Origin: Armatimonadota bacterium
GTDB taxonomy: Bacteria; Vulcanimicrobiota; JACPDS01; JBDRKI01
Direction: 5' to 3'
Assembly (NCBI GenBank): GCA_043814095.1
Contig: JBDRKI010000086.1
Coordinates: forward strand, 1-14,703
Length of the DNA: 14,703 nt
Both the position numbers and the translations under genes were made by a program. The notes beneath the pieces are model-generated. The model searched no databases, was not told where the DNA came from, and saw only the letters and a list, made by a program, of their open reading frames with translations. How positions within the stretch are numbered: the stretch's first letter is position 1; each line of letters opens with the position of its first letter. Of the stretch, positions 1 through 9,000 are shown piece by piece.

Positions 1-1
1 T

Positions 2-3000
2 AAGACGGGTAATGTAAGGTTGAATTCCCATAAGACAGAAGCAATATTCACAGAATTAGGCGAGCTGGGTATTGTACCTAAAGGAGGCAGTTTCGCTCTT
101 GAAGTAAGGGATACTAAAGAAGGGCTCAAATTCTACATTAACAATACCCCTCTTACCAGAGAACAGACCGATACTGTCTTAAAATTAATAACAATGCACG
201 GTTTAAAGCCTAAGAATATAGATATAGCCGTAAGAAGCGGATTAGCCCTTCTTACTTCAGACGGTAAAGTAGTAAAAGTAATGCACCTGAAAGCTCCTAC
301 AGATACCGCTATTCCGGAATCTGTAAGAACGCATACTAAAACCAAAGCAAAAGCAAACCCTGATAATGTTATTGACTTTAATAAATACAAAGAAGCAAAG
401 AAGAAGAAAACTGAGAAGAAAAAGAAAGATAAAAGCGGCAAGCCGCCTTCCGCACCTACTGCTACAGGCACTGATAAACCGGCTCCGCATAAAGTGCCTG
501 AAAGAAAAATGCCCGCTGCCGCTAAAGAAGCGCTTGCCGCGGCTAAGAAGTGCGCAAAATCTACTCTTGATACTTTTAAAAAAGGTTTGGGTAATATTAT
601 ACCTCAACCCCAAGCTGCGGCTGAAGGGCCGGCAGGTGTAAGCCCGCAGGGTATGAGAGTCCCTGTTGTTCCTCCTATTATGCAGAATAATGCAAGCCAC
701 CCGGGAGGCATAAACCCAAGGCATACACAGACTACAGGCTTGGGAGAAATTGATACTAAATATATGCCTTCATATATAGCAACCGAACCGGTAACAGCCA
801 AGAGTGTATTAAATAAAACACCTACTATCAATAATCTTAATGAGCTAAAAGCAGAAGTAGATAAAACTTACAGCAGATATAAACTTCTTGTAAGCCATGC
901 GGGTGAAGATTATTTCAATGTTGATTCTTTTAAAGGATATCTGCAGGGCTGTAACGCGCTTGATAGATTAATAACCGATATTCTATGGCAGGCAGAGAAA
1001 ATCCCGGGCAGTGAAAAACTTATAGACCGGCTTGTTACTATCAGAGCAAATATGATTATTCTCTGCTATACGCCCCTTTTAAGAAAAGCCGACAACTTAT
1101 CAATGTTAGACATGCTAGATTTTAAAAACGCCTTTAAAAGAAATACTGCCAGCACAACACAAGAAGAGGTATATCTGGCTCTGAATGATCCTGAAAAATT
1201 AGAGATAGATCTGTTTATGCCCAGGCTTGAAAGAGCTTCAAACCTTTTAGATCAATTTAAAAACTTAAACGATCTTAGTTTTGAAGAATTAAAAGAATAT
1301 ATTGAAGCGTGTGAAGTAGCCTGGAATACTGCCGACAAACTTCTTAATCTGAAGAATCTAAAGCCTGCGGATATAGAATTGCTTAAAGCAGAAGCCGATA
1401 AAGCCGTTGAAAATTATAAAGAAGCACTTAAGATAACACTTGAACATGACGGGTTAAACTTAGGCGAAAAATTCTTAATACTCGCCGAGTTTATAAAGAA
1501 TACGCATGAAGAAGTCTGGAACCTTAAAGAACTGCAAAATGCAGCCATTCAGATTCTTGATGCTCTAGTAAAGAAACGCCAAGATGAAAGTAGATCCATT
1601 GAATCTTATACCAGATTAAAGATAAGGGTTAAAGATATATTTAACTCCGACACAAATGAAGCGATATCAGTAGCAATTATAAATACGCTAAGAAATTATC
1701 TTACCAAAAAACTAACAGAGAAAAGTGATAGAAGAACTTACCTGCAAATAGGGCCCTTCTTACAAGAATTCTCTGAAACAGAAAAACGAGGAAACAATAT
1801 TCCAAAGTCTCCTTCTAAAGATAATATTCCAAAACCGCCCTCTGCGGGAAATGCTTCTAAAAATACAAATTTGTGGAAAGCAACAAACGAATTCGCTAAA
1901 AAGGTAGCAGACGGCTTAAAGAATCTGCTGGGAACAGAAGCTGTCACTCCCGAAGGCATAAAAATGCCTGCAGGTATACCTGAAAAACCCGTATCAATGC
2001 GGATGGACGGCAGAGCACTCGGGGCTAATCCTGTAGTAGCTGTATTCAGAAAAGACTTATTACATGTATATTCCTTAAGCTCCAGGGAAAACTTCGGATA
2101 TTCTGATGCATTAGAATACGTAACCGGCTGCAGCCGGATTTATAAAGAATTAAGTACGGCTATAGATAATGCGGGAACAGATACTTCTACAAGGTCAACC
2201 TTAGCAGACCTTAAAAAAGAACTGGTGAATACTATATATCCCGACCTTATAAACTGCTTTGAAAAATTACCTAACCACGACCAGTCCCCGTTCCTGCTTG
2301 AGATTATTAATAACTGCCCTGATGAAATATTTAAAAAACACCTGAATCTTTTAATAACAAAAACTTCTACGCTGGGTGCTGTAGAAAGAGAAAATTTTGA
2401 CATCAAAAACGCGATAAAATACCTCAGGGTATGCAATACCATATATAAGAAAGCTTCCGCTTTTATAGAAGCAGAACAGGATTCTCCCAGTAGAACAAGC
2501 TTAAAACTTGCCCTTGCAGATTTAGATAAAGTCTATACCGATGTTATAAACTGTATTGTAAAATTAGGTAAGAACCAGCAGGCTAGATTTTTATTAAAAT
2601 TTTTATCAGACTGCCCTGATGAAATTTTCAAAAAACAGTTAAACACCCTTACCTTCCTTGCAAGAATAACTATAACCGATAGAATAAGCTCTTTAAATTT
2701 TTATAAAGAAAAGACAGTTTTAAGCGAAGCAGACTTCCAGCTTTATCTTGAAGAATGCAACCGCAGATTTGATGAGCTTACACGCTTAATAGAAATATTT
2801 GAAGGAAAATCAGAAGACAAAAATTACTTACTTGATAGAATAAGATTAATCTATAATGCAATTGATGCCGAATTTGTATTAAAAAATGAACAGGAAAAAA
2901 TAGTTAAAGAATATTACACGGATTTACTGAAAAAGGCGGATGCACTTGCTGATTCACAACAAAAAACAAAACTTATTAATCTTATACATAATTCCCTGCC

Positions 3001-6000
3001 TTCTAATGTAAAAAAACACTATGAAATAACCACTCATATATCACTGACACGGACCGGGAGCTTAACACCAGAGCAGACAGATATACTGAATATAATAAGG
3101 CATGATATGAGATCTCCTTTAGCTTCTCTGGATGCAGCCCTGCATTTATTAATAAGCGGTTATCCTAAATATGAGTCTGTTTTAGGATACATCCGCAGTG
3201 AATTCGACAAAATCTCAGAAAATTTTGCTAATATTTTCAGCCCGTATAATCCCGAGTTTAAAGATTCTAATTTTGAAGAAGTTCTGGACAAGAAATTTGA
3301 AGAGCTTACAAAGCATGTAACTGCTTTAGAAAGCGTGGTTAATGCAATTAACTTCAGCCAGTGGGGCAAACTTTCAGAAAAGGAAATAGATCTTATAAAT
3401 ACTGTAAAAAGAACATTACAGGATACAAAAGATACTTTTGAAAAGAGAACAGACTATCTTAACTTAACTACCGAATACATTCAGTCAAATATAAGTAAGG
3501 TCAACCTCAAAAGCCTGGTAGAAAAAATCTGGGAAGAATTCTGCTGGGAAAAGCCGAACGGTAAACCCGTTAATTTAAAAACAAACATATATGAAACCCT
3601 TCAAATACCCGGAAACCAGCTCTCCTTCATAGTCGTATTAAGAAACATATTCCAGGATATCATGGATGAATTTAAACAGAATAAGTCCGGCTACTATGAA
3701 ATAATTGTCGGCGCTCATAAAGACGGCACTTCCGGCAAATTCATATTAACCGTAGAAGACAACGGACCCGGCATACCCGAAAACAGAAGAGAGAGTGTAT
3801 TTGAAGGCGACTCCAGTAAAGGTGAAGGAAGAGGGTTCGGTCTTAAGAGAGTAAAGCGGCTCGTACATGACAACGGCGGTCGCATCTGGGCGGCAGAAAG
3901 AACATCCGAAGACGGGGAATCGGTACCCGGCAACAAATTTATAATGGTATTTGATAAGGGTAAAGCTCCGGACAGAACTCCCGACCCCGGCAGAAGAAAC
4001 CTCAACGGTATAAACGGGCAGGATCCCGGAATAGTACGTGATCCCCTATTTGACGGCGCAAGAACCCCGGTGCCGGCAGACACCTTAAATGAAACTAAAG
4101 CGCCTGCCGCAATTGATAAAGAAGCAGGCACGGAAGCACTCCATTTTATAAGACATGACTTTAACTCTCCGATTAACTCAATACGCGCCTTCCTTGATAT
4201 GGCTCAACTCATAAATTCCGGACTGCGTGATAATCCTGATTTTAAAACTGCTCTGGAAAAAGTTGATTATTTGGAAAAAGAATTTGATAATTACTTCCCG
4301 CACCCCGGCAGTATTAACAATTTTTCATCCTTCTTAGACTCGCTGGAGGGAAAATTTAGAAAATTAAGCTCTTCCATTAATGAGATTGACAGACTGTTAA
4401 ATACATTTGAAATTTATAGATCTTTAACCCCTGAAAAAATCAAAATCCTGCTAAATGACTATTATCATCCGGAAAAGGGCAGAAAATTTACTCCGGAAGA
4501 AGAGTTAGAAGCCGCTTTCGCCGCGGTTAAAAGCAATATAAATAGCGCAAAAAGAAATTTTGAAGCGGAATTAACTGATATTATTGATTTAACGCCCGCA
4601 AACATAATGAAAAACTCCAAACAGTTCAACCTTACCGAACTTGTGCAAAACACAGTCAACCGCACAGGCGGCAGAAGGATAAAATTTGAGACCCAAAACA
4701 ACTATCCTGTTGTTGCGAACGAAGAAAAAATCGGTTTTGTTGTTGCGGAATTAATTAATAACGCTTTGAGGATTTTTAATCAGGAAGGAAAAGGAGACAG
4801 AGTAGAAATCCTCATAGAAACCGGAAAAGAAGCAAATACAATACAGATTTTTGTATCAGACAACGGCCCGGGCGTCCCTGATAATATGAAGCGGCGGATC
4901 TTCGATGAAGGAGAAACCACCACCCAAAAATCAGGCGGCACTGGCGGCGGTTTATATGTAGCAAATAAAATCATAGCGGCGCATAAAGGAACAATTGAAG
5001 CTACGGACACCCCCGGCGGAGGCACTACTTTTGTAATTGAGCTTCCTTGTGGAGGAGAAATACCTCAACCCGAGATGAGCCTGACGGAAAGCTGGATAGA
5101 TAAGGCAACCCGCTACTGCGAGAACGGTCATATAACAGAAGGCATTAAAGATGCTTTTGTTATGCTGTTACAGGAATACTACGGAAAACAGGACCTAAGC
5201 CATGCCCAGCTTAAAGCATACCTCCATTTCTGCGATATTATAAATGAAAACCTAAGCAAGCTGGATTCCATTACAAGAGCAGAGTTTAAAACATTCCTGT
5301 CCGGTGAAGAAACTGGACATATAAATCCTTACCTTGATATTATACATAATATTACCAACCCCAACCCCAGGTTTGAAGTGCGCCAGAGAGTGAATTTCCT
5401 TATTGAATTTATTGAAACCTGTCCTGAAGAAATATTTGAAGCGCATCATGCAAAGCTTGCATACCTTGTAAACAATCTGGTTACAAACGCAGTTAAAGGA
5501 GGTCTTGATTATTTCAAAGATAATACTTCAGACCTTCAGGGACTGCTTTATTATTTCTCGGAATGCCAGGAAAAATTCCATGAAGTATCAAGATTAATAA
5601 CTCTATCAGAAAAAAGACACCAGATTGATCCCGGGAACAGGCTTCCCGAGCTGCGTAAAGATCTAGTAGATATATATTATAAGGATACTCTTGATAAGGC
5701 TGAGAGTCTTCCCGAAAAAGACAGAAGAGAATTCCTTGAACAGGCCATGGGCAGACTGCCCGATATGGCAAAAGAAAATAAAGATATCGCTAAGCGCCTG
5801 ACAGGCCATAGAGATGTTATAACTGCCACAAGCCCTGAAGGAAGAATACTGGCAGAAATAAGGCATAATTACAGGGCTCCTCTTAATTCATTAAAAGGGC
5901 GCTTAAGACATATAATCGAGAGCACACAATCTGCAGATCTTCAGGAAAAACTTGAGCCCCTGCTTAATGCGGCAGACAATCTCTATAATGATTTTGACCA

Positions 6001-9000
6001 TACATTCAGAGCCGGCAACCCCTTATTCACAACTTCAGGATTTAAAGATACCCTTGACCGGCAGTGCGGGAGAATGCTGGGATTACTCAATACCATTGAA
6101 ATAGGATTAAAGGAAATAAATTTCTCGGTTATACCCGCAGAGAATAAAGATCTGCGCTCAAATGTAGATGAATTACTAAAGACCCCTGCTAGTATAAGAA
6201 GAGAGTTTGATAAAAGGAATAAACTGCTTGATCTAAACCCCGGTTTTGTAGAAAGAAACAGGGTTAAAGTAGGTCTTAGCACTATAGTTGAGAAAGCTGC
6301 AACTGACTTTACACATATATATATAAACAATAAACGGGTTAAATTAATCATAGACATACCCGAAGGCCTTAATGTTTATGCACATCCGTTCTCACTTGTA
6401 TCTGTATTCAGGAATCTTCTGGAAAACTCTAAAAATGCTCTTGAGACAGTTAAACAAGATGAGTATGTAATATCCATTAAAGCCCGGGAAGATGCAAATA
6501 CCGGCAATATTATGGTTTCTTCGTCCGATAACGGACCCGGCGTACACGCAAAAAGAAAAAAGGCAATATTCACGGGAGACAGCACAACAAAAGGCGGCAC
6601 CGGATTCGGGCTACCCAAAATAATGGAGCTTGTTACCGCAAACGGCGGTACAATCAAAGAAAACGGAAAGTTCGGGAAAGGCGCTGAATTTAATATTGAA
6701 CTGCTTTCCAAATCCCCTACAGAAGCTTTTGAATCTAAAAGAGTATCTGTAACCAAAGCCCTTAAAGAACTTGCTGTCATAACACATGATTATAAGCCGA
6801 GAGTTAATGCCCTGCTTATGGCAGTCCGTAACATTAATACTGATTATCCGGAACTCCTTGCCAAAAACCCTGAATTAAATAATATATTTACGGAACTTCT
6901 TGAAACAGCCGAAAAATTAAACCAGGCTGTAAACAGACTCCATGAAAAATACAGCAAGAAGTTTAAAGCTGCTTGTGATTATGATTCCAGAACAGTATCT
7001 CTTGCTGAATTAACTGCCTTTAAAACAGAACTGAATGCCTTTAAAAAAGACGCAAGAAAAATAAAAGAGCTTAATGCTGAATTTAACAGAGTTCTATCTT
7101 TTGAAATAATAGAGCAAGAGCCTACTGGCCGGCTGCAGACTGATCTTATTCTTATGCAGGAAGCCGTCAAAGAATTTACAGAGACAAATCTCTTTAACTT
7201 AACGCCTGAATATATAAGCTCAAATAAAACCAGGATTAACCTTCAGAAATTCTTTGAAGCATTAATGTTCAGAACAGCCAAAGGGCGGAAAATATCGCGC
7301 CAAACAAAAGACGGTATAATCACCCTGCAGGCAGAACTTGATCCCGTAAGAGGAAACAGGCCATCTACACTTACCGTAAGCCTGCCACAGAACTCCTTCT
7401 TATACGGTAATAACCACTCCTTATTAGTTATATTCGATAACCTTATAGCAAACTCTCAGAATATGATAAGTCTTGCAGACAGAGCCGCCTATAATATTAA
7501 TATAGCTATAACACCTGACCGCAAAACCAATAAAACCATATTTAACTACTCGGATAACGGATTAGGCATTGAAGCAGATAAAAAACAGAAGGTGTTTAAC
7601 GGATATAGCTCAAGAGAAGACGGCACGGGATCAGGCCTCCAGAAAGTAGCAGAACAGACAGAAGCACACGGCGGCAAGATATATGAAAACGGAGACTACG
7701 GCGAAGGTGCAAAATTTGTACTGACAATCCCGACAATGCCTCCTGAAGCATATCCTTTCGGCAAGGCTAAGGCTGAAAACACAAAGGCAAAGCCCGGAAG
7801 AGCTCCTTTTGAGAAAACAGAACTTCAGAAGGGTACTGTCGGTTCCGACCTGACACAGGCAAGAGCAAAAGCAAATAAACCCAGAGAATACAGATCCCAT
7901 ACCGGCATGCCTGTAAAAAGCGCAGACGGCACAATAACTACGCCTCATAGCAGTAAAAACATACACATATTAAGAAAACTTAAGGAAAAGGTAATATTAG
8001 CAATCCTTAATAAGAAATCAGCTGTTGAACAGACTCTTAAAGAACACAAAATAAAGGTAAAAGCAAATGAATTCTACGATGCAGAAACAAAAGAATACCG
8101 TTTATACCATTTGGTTGATCATATAATAAACAGCGGGTACAACGGGCCTGAGAATGCAATGCTATTCTGTGTTAAATTAATAGGGCTCTACAGGAAGAAA
8201 CAGGGTGAGCTTTTCACTAGATCAGAAATAGCCTTGCTGGAAGCAGGTGCTGTAAGGGCCGCGGTACACGATGTGCTCCAGGAAAAACAGCCTAACCTGC
8301 ATGATACTTATGGCAGTAATTCTATACTTGCCAAATACATTCTGGAATTAAAAGAAGATTTCCTTATGGATTTCTTCTGGAATAACCAAAAATTCGGAGT
8401 AAACAAAGATGAACTACTAGATGCAATATACTATAGATTACGCTGGTTTAGCCGCCAGACCGCTGAAGATTTCAAGCTGGCATTCGAAAATAAAAGACCT
8501 GAACTTACACTTGAACAGAAAAAAGCACAGCTTCTTGTATGTAACGGATTCTTTACAGAAGTTACAAAAGTAGGGAGTAATGCTACCGACGATCAAAAGC
8601 TTAAAGGGAACTTAAGATTCGTAAAAAGTACCTTGTTGCACAATTATTATGATTTTATCCTGCTTGATTTTGAAGGAATTCGAGATTCAGATAAAAGTAG
8701 AGCGCTTGTTGAATACTTCCATAATAATATACCTGCCGAAGTAAAAAGACACTACGAGATACAGACTGACCATCCGAATTATGAAAAGCTGCAGGAGATA
8801 AGGCATGGGCTTAGGAGTCATATTGCAAGTCTTAAAATGAACTTAACTTCTTTAGCAAGGCGCACAAAAGACAGTCCCGAAATTAAAGAAAAAGCACTCT
8901 CTATAGTTGATAAAGCCGACGCCTTAGAAGCATATGAAACCGGTTTCAGTGATGATAACTACACTGGAGAAAACTTAAATGAACCTCAATTCAGTAATTT

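Noticed and set aside
366-641. 91-aa + strand ORF rich in Arg/Lys/Leu
   Set aside because: It is an off-frame reading of the Lys/Ala/Pro-rich linker of the giant CDS, with no independent evidence.
5465-5497. LVNNLVTNAVK looks like a perfect kinase N-box (a possible sixth module)
   Set aside because: No DxGxG or G2 box follows at the expected spacing, and it lies in the helix joining two repeat A copies. Treated as chance resemblance.
8100-8290. Possible HD-domain motif (YHLVDH...RAAVHDVLQE, HD at 8267)
   Set aside because: Spacing from the upstream His is atypical and I found no convincing distal Asp motif. It would need HHpred support.
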